Source: Macrostomum lignano
Taxonomy: Eukaryota
Assembly: GCA_002269645.1 (NCBI GenBank)
Contig: NIVC01000652.1
Span: 381,245-403,016, forward strand
Direction of reading: 5' to 3'
DNA length: 21,772 nt
Part shown: positions 1-13,100 of the stretch, one piece after another
Numbering within the stretch: position 1 is the first letter of the stretch
Layout of the letters: each line of letters begins with the position of its first letter
Made by a program: the position numbers and the translations under genes
The notes under the pieces: model-generated
What the model was told of the DNA's origin: nothing
Databases searched by the model: none
The model's input: only the letters and a program-made list of their open reading frames with translations

Positions 1-832
1 CATACGGGGTACTGTAAGTACAATATACAATATCTGTATTTCACGTAGGTTCTACCAGGATGTAAATTTAGCAGGAATTTACCACAATGCATCGTGTGTT
101 ACATGCAGTCCAGCAAGAATTGCTTTGCGGAGCAAGACAAGGCCATCAACCGTCAACATGCACATGCAGTAGAGGCATGTAAGACGGATGTCATCGAATT
201 CTTGGACTATGCAGTTTTCTGAGTATAACGTACTCAACCGATGGTAGCCAAATCAAATCGATTGTATTTGTCCCGTACTGCACGCATTATTTTTCTTATA
301 CTAAAATCTACAAATTACTAAGGTCTTACTAAAATCACGCGATGCAGTATCATGCAATGCACCAAAGTTGTACGTACATGTATACCAGGCAATATCTACG
401 AAAATTAGAAAAAATTAAAACAAATGATAAAAAAAACAAAAACCTTTGGAATTTCAATAAAACTTGTACTTAAAGTTTCAAAAATATTCCGATAGCAACC
501 AGCAAAGAAAAAACGTTGGAAAAGCAACTTATTGGCAGACAGAAGTTCGGCAGAAAACGCAGATCGACTTCAAATTTGACCGCGTCCAAACATTCCTGTC
601 GAGTTTTGCTGCAATTCAAATCGAAAAACAGGCTGTAGGAACTCAGCTAGCGGGATAGTCAGTAGGAATCGATTTTATTCGATTTAATTTTTTTCTGCTC
701 AGAACTTTTCGAATAAAAAGACATAATTCTCTTTCCGGTACTTTAAGCTAGCTCGTAAACAACTTCAGTCTCAGAAACACAACAGTGAATCGATCAACTG
801 GAACAATCTGCAACTGCCGACAACTGCGGAAA

Positions 833-1143
833 ATGAGACTTGCGTCAGTGGCATTCATTTTGCTCACCCTCAGCTTGGATGCCACCAGCGGAAAGACGAC
901 AGCGGAATATGGGCAACGAAACCCAAGAGATGGTGGCGCTGCAGCTGGTGGCGCTGCAGCTGGTGGCGCCGATGGGGCCCTGCTCAAACGTGAAACTTTC
1001 GCCAACTTGAAAGACAAACTGCCAAAAACTGTGACGCAACAGTTTTTGCGAAATATTTTTAAACGAAGAAAAGCCTCCTAACAGCACGGTGCCTGGAGTC
1101 CAGCGAACTCGCGTGTCCAGACTTTCGATGCACTCTAGAAAAG
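833..1143 (+). CDS. N-terminal segment: signal peptide MRLASVAFILLTLSLDATSG, a Gly/Ala linker, then a Cys-containing stretch with uncertain frame
   Basis: The first ATG of ORF 785..1081 is at 833 and gives a basic-hydrophobic-small-residue leader. A second frame (1069-1236) reads TKKSLLTARCLESSELACPDFRCTLEK, so the true frame after about position 975 is unresolved. Confidence 0.5.
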
Positions 1144-4100
1144 GTTACAAAGTTTTTTTTTTCTCAACTTAGTCGTCACAAAAAGAAAACTATGCAAAAT
1201 GCAAACTATACCTTGAAAAACGGTATTTGCAAACCTTAATTGTCACAAAGAGTGCACTGACTGCGATAAACCATACGACAGTATGGCCTGCAAAGAGTGT
1301 CGCAACGTCAAAATCAATATCACCAACTTTTGATGATAAAAAAGGTAGCCAAAGATATGACTGTATACCAAGGTGTCCCGTAGGCCATCAAAAAAGCGTG
1401 ACAACAAGTAACCTCTGCGTGCCATGCCCTGCTGGAAGCTACAAATACCAAGAAGGAAATCAAAACTGCATTGTCTGCAACCCAGGAACATTCAGCTCTT
1501 ACAGCACGAGTGGCATAACGGCATGCACCAGTGCCCGGCAGGAAGCATTGCTGACCGAGCCGGGTTAAGCGCCTGCACTAAGTGTCCACCGGGTAGCTTC
1601 GCCAACAAGAAGGGGTCCAAGGAATGCACCAAGTGTCCTGCTGGAAGCGTGTGTACAACGGCGCCTCCGAGCCGACCAAGTGCAAGGCGGGAACGTTTGC
1701 GATCGCCGGATCTAGCAAGTGTACACCGAGTCCACCGGGATCATTCGTCGACAAGACTGGCTCGACAAGCGCTAAACCGTGTCCTGCAGGCACGTGGAGC
1801 GGTAAAGGCGCGGCCGCGTGTACGAACTGCGAGCCTGGAACAATCTCAACTGTCGGCTCTTCGGCATGCACCCAGTGCCCGGCAGGAAGCATTGCTGACC
1901 GAGCCGGGTTAAGCGCCTGCACTAAGTGTCCACCGGGTAGCTTCGCCAACAAGAAGGGGTCCAAGGAATGCACCAAGTGTCCTGCTGGAAGCGTGTGTAC
2001 CAACGGCGCCTCCGAGCCGACAAGTGCAAGGCGGGAACGTTTGCGATCGCCGGATCTAGCAAGTGTACACCGAGTCCACCGGGATCATTCGTCGACAAGA
2101 CTGGCTCGACAAGCGCTAAACCGTGTCCTGCAGGCACGTGGAGCGGTAAAGGCGCGGCCGCGTGTACGAACTGCGAGCCTGGAACAATCTCAACTGTCGG
2201 CTCTTCGGCATGCACCCAGTGCCCGGCAGGAAGCATTGCTGACCGAGCCGGGTTAAGCGCCTGCACTAAGTGTCCACCGGGTAGCTTCGCCAACAAGAAG
2301 GGGTCCAAGGAATGCACCAAGTGTCCTGCTGGAAGCGTGTGTACCAACGGCGCCTCCGAGCCGACCAAGTGCAAGGCGGGAACGTTTGCGATCGCCGGAT
2401 CTAGCAAGTGTACACCGAGTCCACCGGGATCATTCGTCGACAAGACTGGCTCGACAAGCGCTAAACCGTGTCCTGCAGGCACGTGGAGCGGTAAAGGCGC
2501 GGCCGCGTGTACGAACTGCGAGCCTGGAACAATCTCAACTGTCGGCTCTTCGGCATGCACCCAGTGCCCGGCAGGAAGCATTGCTGACCGAGCCGGGTTA
2601 AGCGCCTGCACTAAGTGTCCACCGGGTAGCTTCGCCAACAAGAAGGGGTCCAAGGAATGCACCAAGTGTCCTGCTGGAAGCGTGTGTACCAACGGCGCCT
2701 CCGAGCCGACCAAGTGCAAGGCGGGAACGTTTGCGATCGCCGGATCTAGCAAGTGTACACCGAGTCCACCGGGATCATTCGTCGACAAGACTGGCTCGAC
2801 AAGCGCTAAACCGTGTCCTGCAGGCACGTGGAGCGGTAAAGGCGCGGCCGCGTGTACGAACTGCGAGCCTGGAACAATCTCAACTGTCGGCTCTTCGGCA
2901 TGCACCCAGTGCCCGGCAGGAAGCATTGCTGACCGAGCCGGGTTAAGCGCCTGCACTAAGTGTCCACCGGGTAGCTTCGCCAACAAGAAGGGGTCCAAGG
3001 AATGCACCAAGTGTCCTGCTGGAAGCGTGTGTACCAACGGCGCCTCCGAGCCGACCAAGTGCAAGGCGGGAACGTTTGCGATCGCCGGATCTAGCAAGTG
3101 TACACCGAGTCCACCGGGATCATTCGTCGACAAGACTGGCTCGACAAGCGCTAAACCGTGTCCTGCAGGCACGTGGAGCGGTAAAGGCGCGGCCGCGTGT
3201 ACGAACTGCGAGCCTGGAACAATCTCAACTGTCGGCTCTTCGGCATGCACCCAGTGCCCGGCAGGAAGCATTGCTGACCGAGCCGGGTTAAGCGCCTGCA
3301 CTAAGTGTCCACCGGGTAGCTTCGCCAACAAGAAGGGGTCCAAGGAATGCACCAAGTGTCCTGCTGGAAGCGTGTGTACCAACGGCGCCTCCGAGCCGAC
3401 CAAGTGCAAGGCGGGAACGTTTGCGATCGCCGGATCTAGCAAGTGTACACCGAGTCCACCGGGATCATTCGTCGACAAGACTGGCTCGACAAGCGCTAAA
3501 CCGTGTCCTGCAGGCACGTGGAGCGGTAAAGGCGCGGCCGCGTGTACGAACTGCGAGCCTGGAACAATCTCAACTGTCGGCTCTTCGGCATGCACCCAGT
3601 GCCCGGCAGGAAGCATTGCTGACCGAGCCGGGTTAAGCGCCTGCACTAAGTGTCCACCGGGTAGCTTCGCCAACAAGAAGGGGTCCAAGGAATGCACCAA
3701 GTGTCCTGCTGGAAGCGTGTGTACCAACGGCGCCTCCGAGCCGACCAAGTGCAAGGCGGGAACGTTTGCGATCGCCGGATCTAGCAAGTGTACACCGAGT
3801 CCACCGGGATCATTCGTCGACAAGACTGGCTCGACAAGCGCTAAACCGTGTCCTGCAGGCACGTGGAGCGGTAAAGGCGCGGCCGCGTGTACGAACTGCG
3901 AGCCTGGAACAATCTCAACTGTCGGCTCTTCGGCATGCACCCAGTGCCCGGCAGGAAGCATTGCTGACCGAGCCGGGTTAAGCGCCTGCACTAAGTGTCC
4001 ACCGGGTAGCTTCGCCAACAAGAAGGGGTCCAAGGAATGCACCAAGTGTCCTGCTGGAAGCGTGTGTACCAACGGCGCCTCCGAGCCGACCAAGTGCAAG

Positions 4101-7100
4101 GCGGGAACGTTTGCGATCGCCGGATCTAGCAAGTGTACACCGAGTCCACCGGGATCATTCGTCGACAAGACTGGCTCGACAAGCGCTAAACCGTGTCCTG
4201 CAGGCACGTGGAGCGGTAAAGGCGCGGCCGCGTGTACGAACTGCGAGCCTGGAACAATCTCAACTGTCGGCTCTTCGGCATGCACCCAGTGCCCGGCAGG
4301 AAGCATTGCTGACCGAGCCGGGTTAAGCGCCTGCACTAAGTGTCCACCGGGTAGCTTCGCCAACAAGAAGGGGTCCAAGGAATGCACCAAGTGTCCTGCT
4401 GGAAGCGTGTGTACCAACGGCGCCTCCGAGCCGACCAAGTGCAAGGCGGGAACGTTTGCGATCGCCGGATCTAGCAAGTGTACACCGAGTCCACCGGGAT
4501 CATTCGTCGACAAGACTGGCTCGACAAGCGCTAAACCGTGTCCTGCAGGCACGTGGAGCGGTAAAGGCGCGGCCGCGTGTACGAACTGCGAGCCTGGAAC
4601 AATCTCAACTGTCGGCTCTTCGGCATGCACCCAGTGCCCGGCAGGAAGCATTGCTGACCGAGCCGGGTTAAGCGCCTGCACTAAGTGTCCACCGGGTAGC
4701 TTCGCCAACAAGAAGGGGTCCAAGGAATGCACCAAGTGTCCTGCTGGAAGCGTGTGTACCAACGGCGCCTCCGAGCCGACCAAGTGCAAGGCGGGAACGT
4801 TTGCGATCGCCGGATCTAGCAAGTGTACACCGAGTCCACCGGGATCATTCGTCGACAAGACTGGCTCGACAAGCGCTAAACCGTGTCCTGCAGGCACGTG
4901 GAGCGGTAAAGGCGCGGCCGCGTGTACGAACTGCGAGCCTGGAACAATCTCAACTGTCGGCTCTTCGGCATGCACCCAGTGCCCGGCAGGAAGCATTGCT
5001 GACCGAGCCGGGTTAAGCGCCTGCACTAAGTGTCCACCGGGTAGCTTCGCCAACAAGAAGGGGTCCAAGGAATGCACCAAGTGTCCTGCTGGAAGCGTGT
5101 GTACCAACGGCGCCTCCGAGCCGACCAAGTGCAAGGCGGGAACGTTTGCGATCGCCGGATCTAGCAAGTGTACACCGAGTCCACCGGGATCATTCGTCGA
5201 CAAGACTGGCTCGACAAGCGCTAAACCGTGTCCTGCAGGCACGTGGAGCGGTAAAGGCGCGGCCGCGTGTACGAACTGCGAGCCTGGAACAATCTCAACT
5301 GTCGGCTCTTCGGCATGCACCCAGTGCCCGGCAGGAAGCATTGCTGACCGAGCCGGGTTAAGCGCCTGCACTAAGTGTCCACCGGGTAGCTTCGCCAACA
5401 AGAAGGGGTCCAAGGAATGCACCAAGTGTCCTGCTGGAAGCGTGTGTACCAACGGCGCCTCCGAGCCGACCAAGTGCAAGGCGGGAACGTTTGCGATCGC
5501 CGGATCTAGCAAGTGTACACCGAGTCCACCGGGATCATTCGTCGACAAGACTGGCTCGACAAGCGCTAAACCGTGTCCTGCAGGCACGTGGAGCGGTAAA
5601 GGCGCGGCCGCGTGTACGAACTGCGAGCCTGGAACAATCTCAACTGTCGGCTCTTCGGCATGCACCCAGTGCCCGGCAGGAAGCATTGCTGACCGAGCCG
5701 GGTTAAGCGCCTGCACTAAGTGTCCACCGGGTAGCTTCGCCAACAAGAAGGGGTCCAAGGAATGCACCAAGTGTCCTGCTGGAAGCGTGTGTACCAACGG
5801 CGCCTCCGAGCCGACCAAGTGCAAGGCGGGAACGTTTGCGATCGCCGGATCTAGCAAGTGTACACCGAGTCCACCGGGATCATTCGTCGACAAGACTGGC
5901 TCGACAAGCGCTAAACCGTGTCCTGCAGGCACGTGGAGCGGTAAAGGCGCGGCCGCGTGTACGAACTGCGAGCCTGGAACAATCTCAACTGTCGGCTCTT
6001 CGGCATGCACCCAGTGCCCGGCAGGAAGCATTGCTGACCGAGCCGGGTTAAGCGCCTGCACTAAGTGTCCACCGGGTAGCTTCGCCAACAAGAAGGGGTC
6101 CAAGGAATGCACCAAGTGTCCTGCTGGAAGCGTGTGTACCAACGGCGCCTCCGAGCCGACCAAGTGCAAGGCGGGAACGTTTGCGATCGCCGGATCTAGC
6201 AAGTGTACACCGAGTCCACCGGGATCATTCGTCGACAAGACTGGCTCGACAAGCGCTAAACCGTGTCCTGCAGGCACGTGGAGCGGTAAAGGCGCGGCCG
6301 CGTGTACGAACTGCGAGCCTGGAACAATCTCAACTGTCGGCTCTTCGGCATGCACCCAGTGCCCGGCAGGAAGCATTGCTGACCGAGCCGGGTTAAGCGC
6401 CTGCACTAAGTGTCCACCGGGTAGCTTCGCCAACAAGAAGGGGTCCAAGGAATGCACCAAGTGTCCTGCTGGAAGCGTGTGTACCAACGGCGCCTCCGAG
6501 CCGACCAAGTGCAAGGCGGGAACGTTTGCGATCGCCGGATCTAGCAAGTGTACACCGAGTCCACCGGGATCATTCGTCGACAAGACTGGCTCGACAAGCG
6601 CTAAACCGTGTCCTGCAGGCACGTGGAGCGGTAAAGGCGCGGCCGCGTGTACGAACTGCGAGCCTGGAACAATCTCAACTGTCGGCTCTTCGGCATGCAC
6701 CCAGTGCCCGGCAGGAAGCATTGCTGACCGAGCCGGGTTAAGCGCCTGCACTAAGTGTCCACCGGGTAGCTTCGCCAACAAGAAGGGGTCCAAGGAATGC
6801 ACCAAGTGTCCTGCTGGAAGCGTGTGTACCAACGGCGCCTCCGAGCCGACCAAGTGCAAGGCGGGAACGTTTGCGATCGCCGGATCTAGCAAGTGTACAC
6901 CGAGTCCACCGGGATCATTCGTCGACAAGACTGGCTCGACAAGCGCTAAACCGTGTCCTGCAGGCACGTGGAGCGGTAAAGGCGCGGCCGCGTGTACGAA
7001 CTGCGAGCCTGGAACAATCTCAACTGTCGGCTCTTCGGCATGCACCCAGTGCCCGGCAGGAAGCATTGCTGACCGAGCCGGGTTAAGCGCCTGCACTAAG

Positions 7101-10100
7101 TGTCCACCGGGTAGCTTCGCCAACAAGAAGGGGTCCAAGGAATGCACCAAGTGTCCTGCTGGAAGCGTGTGTACCAACGGCGCCTCCGAGCCGACCAAGT
7201 GCAAGGCGGGAACGTTTGCGATCGCCGGATCTAGCAAGTGTACACCGAGTCCACCGGGATCATTCGTCGACAAGACTGGCTCGACAAGCGCTAAACCGTG
7301 TCCTGCAGGCACGTGGAGCGGTAAAGGCGCGGCCGCGTGTACGAACTGCGAGCCTGGAACAATCTCAACTGTCGGCTCTTCGGCATGCACCCAGTGCCCG
7401 GCAGGAAGCATTGCTGACCGAGCCGGGTTAAGCGCCTGCACTAAGTGTCCACCGGGTAGCTTCGCCAACAAGAAGGGGTCCAAGGAATGCACCAAGTGTC
7501 CTGCTGGAAGCGTGTGTACCAACGGCGCCTCCGAGCCGACCAAGTGCAAGGCGGGAACGTTTGCGATCGCCGGATCTAGCAAGTGTACACCGAGTCCACC
7601 GGGATCATTCGTCGACAAGACTGGCTCGACAAGCGCTAAACCGTGTCCTGCAGGCACGTGGAGCGGTAAAGGCGCGGCCGCGTGTACGAACTGCGAGCCT
7701 GGAACAATCTCAACTGTCGGCTCTTCGGCATGCACCCAGTGCCCGGCAGGAAGCATTGCTGACCGAGCCGGGTTAAGCGCCTGCACTAAGTGTCCACCGG
7801 GTAGCTTCGCCAACAAGAAGGGGTCCAAGGAATGCACCAAGTGTCCTGCTGGAAGCGTGTGTACCAACGGCGCCTCCGAGCCGACCAAGTGCAAGGCGGG
7901 AACGTTTGCGATCGCCGGATCTAGCAAGTGTACACCGAGTCCACCGGGATCATTCGTCGACAAGACTGGCTCGACAAGCGCTAAACCGTGTCCTGCAGGC
8001 ACGTGGAGCGGTAAAGGCGCGGCCGCGTGTACGAACTGCGAGCCTGGAACAATCTCAACTGTCGGCTCTTCGGCATGCACCCAGTGCCCGGCAGGAAGCA
8101 TTGCTGACCGAGCCGGGTTAAGCGCCTGCACTAAGTGTCCACCGGGTAGCTTCGCCAACAAGAAGGGGTCCAAGGAATGCACCAAGTGTCCTGCTGGAAG
8201 CGTGTGTACCAACGGCGCCTCCGAGCCGACCAAGTGCAAGGCGGGAACGTTTGCGATCGCCGGATCTAGCAAGTGTACACCGAGTCCACCGGGATCATTC
8301 GTCGACAAGACTGGCTCGACAAGCGCTAAACCGTGTCCTGCAGGCACGTGGAGCGGTAAAGGCGCGGCCGCGTGTACGAACTGCGAGCCTGGAACAATCT
8401 CAACTGTCGGCTCTTCGGCATGCACCCAGTGCCCGGCAGGAAGCATTGCTGACCGAGCCGGGTTAAGCGCCTGCACTAAGTGTCCACCGGGTAGCTTCGC
8501 CAACAAGAAGGGGTCCAAGGAATGCACCAAGTGTCCTGCTGGAAGCGTGTGTACCAACGGCGCCTCCGAGCCGACCAAGTGCAAGGCGGGAACGTTTGCG
8601 ATCGCCGGATCTAGCAAGTGTACACCGAGTCCACCGGGATCATTCGTCGACAAGACTGGCTCGACAAGCGCTAAACCGTGTCCTGCAGGCACGTGGAGCG
8701 GTAAAGGCGCGGCCGCGTGTACGAACTGCGAGCCTGGAACAATCTCAACTGTCGGCTCTTCGGCATGCACCCAGTGCCCGGCAGGAAGCATTGCTGACCG
8801 AGCCGGGTTAAGCGCCTGCACTAAGTGTCCACCGGGTAGCTTCGCCAACAAGAAGGGGTCCAAGGAATGCACCAAGTGTCCTGCTGGAAGCGTGTGTACC
8901 AACGGCGCCTCCGAGCCGACCAAGTGCAAGGCGGGAACGTTTGCGATCGCCGGATCTAGCAAGTGTACACCGAGTCCACCGGGATCATTCGTCGACAAGA
9001 CTGGCTCGACAAGCGCTAAACCGTGTCCTGCAGGCACGTGGAGCGGTAAAGGCGCGGCCGCGTGTACGAACTGCGAGCCTGGAACAATCTCAACTGTCGG
9101 CTCTTCGGCATGCACCCAGTGCCCGGCAGGAAGCATTGCTGACCGAGCCGGGTTAAGCGCCTGCACTAAGTGTCCACCGGGTAGCTTCGCCAACAAGAAG
9201 GGGTCCAAGGAATGCACCAAGTGTCCTGCTGGAAGCGTGTGTACCAACGGCGCCTCCGAGCCGACCAAGTGCAAGGCGGGAACGTTTGCGATCGCCGGAT
9301 CTAGCAAGTGTACACCGAGTCCACCGGGATCATTCGTCGACAAGACTGGCTCGACAAGCGCTAAACCGTGTCCTGCAGGCACGTGGAGCGGTAAAGGCGC
9401 GGCCGCGTGTACGAACTGCGAGCCTGGAACAATCTCAACTGTCGGCTCTTCGGCATGCACCCAGTGCCCGGCAGGAAGCATTGCTGACCGAGCCGGGTTA
9501 AGCGCCTGCACTAAGTGTCCACCGGGTAGCTTCGCCAACAAGAAGGGGTCCAAGGAATGCACCAAGTGTCCTGCTGGAAGCGTGTGTACCAACGGCGCCT
9601 CCGAGCCGACCAAGTGCAAGGCGGGAACGTTTGCGATCGCCGGATCTAGCAAGTGTACACCGAGTCCACCGGGATCATTCGTCGACAAGACTGGCTCGAC
9701 AAGCGCTAAACCGTGTCCTGCAGGCACGTGGAGCGGTAAAGGCGCGGCCGCGTGTACGAACTGCGAGCCTGGAACAATCTCAACTGTCGGCTCTTCGGCA
9801 TGCACCCAGTGCCCGGCAGGAAGCATTGCTGACCGAGCCGGGTTAAGCGCCTGCACTAAGTGTCCACCGGGTAGCTTCGCCAACAAGAAGGGGTCCAAGG
9901 AATGCACCAAGTGTCCTGCTGGAAGCGTGTGTACCAACGGCGCCTCCGAGCCGACCAAGTGCAAGGCGGGAACGTTTGCGATCGCCGGATCTAGCAAGTG
10001 TACACCGAGTCCACCGGGATCATTCGTCGACAAGACTGGCTCGACAAGCGCTAAACCGTGTCCTGCAGGCACGTGGAGCGGTAAAGGCGCGGCCGCGTGT

Positions 10101-13100
10101 ACGAACTGCGAGCCTGGAACAATCTCAACTGTCGGCTCTTCGGCATGCACCCAGTGCCCGGCAGGAAGCATTGCTGACCGAGCCGGGTTAAGCGCCTGCA
10201 CTAAGTGTCCACCGGGTAGCTTCGCCAACAAGAAGGGGTCCAAGGAATGCACCAAGTGTCCTGCTGGAAGCGTGTGTACCAACGGCGCCTCCGAGCCGAC
10301 CAAGTGCAAGGCGGGAACGTTTGCGATCGCCGGATCTAGCAAGTGTACACCGAGTCCACCGGGATCATTCGTCGACAAGACTGGCTCGACAAGCGCTAAA
10401 CCGTGTCCTGCAGGCACGTGGAGCGGTAAAGGCGCGGCCGCGTGTACGAACTGCGAGCCTGGAACAATCTCAACTGTCGGCTCTTCGGCATGCACCCAGT
10501 GCCCGGCAGGAAGCATTGCTGACCGAGCCGGGTTAAGCGCCTGCACTAAGTGTCCACCGGGTAGCTTCGCCAACAAGAAGGGGTCCAAGGAATGCACCAA
10601 GTGTCCTGCTGGAAGCGTGTGTACCAACGGCGCCTCCGAGCCGACCAAGTGCAAGGCGGGAACGTTTGCGATCGCCGGATCTAGCAAGTGTACACCGAGT
10701 CCACCGGGATCATTCGTCGACAAGACTGGCTCGACAAGCGCTAAACCGTGTCCTGCAGGCACGTGGAGCGGTAAAGGCGCGGCCGCGTGTACGAACTGCG
10801 AGCCTGGAACAATCTCAACTGTCGGCTCTTCGGCATGCACCCAGTGCCCGGCAGGAAGCATTGCTGACCGAGCCGGGTTAAGCGCCTGCACTAAGTGTCC
10901 ACCGGGTAGCTTCGCCAACAAGAAGGGGTCCAAGGAATGCACCAAGTGTCCTGCTGGAAGCGTGTGTACCAACGGCGCCTCCGAGCCGACCAAGTGCAAG
11001 GCGGGAACGTTTGCGATCGCCGGATCTAGCAAGTGTACACCGAGTCCACCGGGATCATTCGTCGACAAGACTGGCTCGACAAGCGCTAAACCGTGTCCTG
11101 CAGGCACGTGGAGCGGTAAAGGCGCGGCCGCGTGTACGAACTGCGAGCCTGGAACAATCTCAACTGTCGGCTCTTCGGCATGCACCCAGTGCCCGGCAGG
11201 AAGCATTGCTGACCGAGCCGGGTTAAGCGCCTGCACTAAGTGTCCACCGGGTAGCTTCGCCAACAAGAAGGGGTCCAAGGAATGCACCAAGTGTCCTGCT
11301 GGAAGCGTGTGTACCAACGGCGCCTCCGAGCCGACCAAGTGCAAGGCGGGAACGTTTGCGATCGCCGGATCTAGCAAGTGTACACCGAGTCCACCGGGAT
11401 CATTCGTCGACAAGACTGGCTCGACAAGCGCTAAACCGTGTCCTGCAGGCACGTGGAGCGGTAAAGGCGCGGCCGCGTGTACGAACTGCGAGCCTGGAAC
11501 AATCTCAACTGTCGGCTCTTCGGCATGCACCCAGTGCCCGGCAGGAAGCATTGCTGACCGAGCCGGGTTAAGCGCCTGCACTAAGTGTCCACCGGGTAGC
11601 TTCGCCAACAAGAAGGGGTCCAAGGAATGCACCAAGTGTCCTGCTGGAAGCGTGTGTACCAACGGCGCCTCCGAGCCGACCAAGTGCAAGGCGGGAACGT
11701 TTGCGATCGCCGGATCTAGCAAGTGTACACCGAGTCCACCGGGATCATTCGTCGACAAGACTGGCTCGACAAGCGCTAAACCGTGTCCTGCAGGCACGTG
11801 GAGCGGTAAAGGCGCGGCCGCGTGTACGAACTGCGAGCCTGGAACAATCTCAACTGTCGGCTCTTCGGCATGCACCCAGTGCCCGGCAGGAAGCATTGCT
11901 GACCGAGCCGGGTTAAGCGCCTGCACTAAGTGTCCACCGGGTAGCTTCGCCAACAAGAAGGGGTCCAAGGAATGCACCAAGTGTCCTGCTGGAAGCGTGT
12001 GTACCAACGGCGCCTCCGAGCCGACCAAGTGCAAGGCGGGAACGTTTGCGATCGCCGGATCTAGCAAGTGTACACCGAGTCCACCGGGATCATTCGTCGA
12101 CAAGACTGGCTCGACAAGCGCTAAACCGTGTCCTGCAGGCACGTGGAGCGGTAAAGGCGCGGCCGCGTGTACGAACTGCGAGCCTGGAACAATCTCAACT
12201 GTCGGCTCTTCGGCATGCACCCAGTGCCCGGCAGGAAGCATTGCTGACCGAGCCGGGTTAAGCGCCTGCACTAAGTGTCCACCGGGTAGCTTCGCCAACA
12301 AGAAGGGGTCCAAGGAATGCACCAAGTGTCCTGCTGGAAGCGTGTGTACCAACGGCGCCTCCGAGCCGACCAAGTGCAAGGCGGGAACGTTTGCGATCGC
12401 CGGATCTAGCAAGTGTACACCGAGTCCACCGGGATCATTCGTCGACAAGACTGGCTCGACAAGCGCTAAACCGTGTCCTGCAGGCACGTGGAGCGGTAAA
12501 GGCGCGGCCGCGTGTACGAACTGCGAGCCTGGAACAATCTCAACTGTCGGCTCTTCGGCATGCACCCAGTGCCCGGCAGGAAGCATTGCTGACCGAGCCG
12601 GGTTAAGCGCCTGCACTAAGTGTCCACCGGGTAGCTTCGCCAACAAGAAGGGGTCCAAGGAATGCACCAAGTGTCCTGCTGGAAGCGTGTGTACCAACGG
12701 CGCCTCCGAGCCGACCAAGTGCAAGGCGGGAACGTTTGCGATCGCCGGATCTAGCAAGTGTACACCGAGTCCACCGGGATCATTCGTCGACAAGACTGGC
12801 TCGACAAGCGCTAAACCGTGTCCTGCAGGCACGTGGAGCGGTAAAGGCGCGGCCGCGTGTACGAACTGCGAGCCTGGAACAATCTCAACTGTCGGCTCTT
12901 CGGCATGCACCCAGTGCCCGGCAGGAAGCATTGCTGACCGAGCCGGGTTAAGCGCCTGCACTAAGTGTCCACCGGGTAGCTTCGCCAACAAGAAGGGGTC
13001 CAAGGAATGCACCAAGTGTCCTGCTGGAAGCGTGTGTACCAACGGCGCCTCCGAGCCGACCAAGTGCAAGGCGGGAACGTTTGCGATCGCCGGATCTAGC

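Noticed and set aside
464-658. 64-aa ORF
   Set aside because: It has a non-ATG start, lies in AT-rich sequence and carries no recognisable motif.
640-800. Several ATCGAT/TTCGA motifs and a TCAGTC initiator-like hexamer upstream of ATG 833
   Set aside because: These are short, degenerate matches in AT-rich DNA and cannot be supported without transcription start data.
833-1081. Stand-alone 82-aa secreted prepropeptide with KR sites, neuropeptide-like
   Set aside because: It cannot be fully excluded, but no known peptide motif or amidation signal is present. The downstream Cys-rich gene otherwise lacks a leader, and this region shows several homopolymer errors.
2338-2682. About ten palindromic restriction sites per unit (including NotI, SalI, PstI, SphI, PvuI) hinting at a synthetic construct
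   Set aside because: About five are expected by chance in 345 bp, so the excess is modest. There is no vector sequence and the unit grades into natural-looking diverged homologues.
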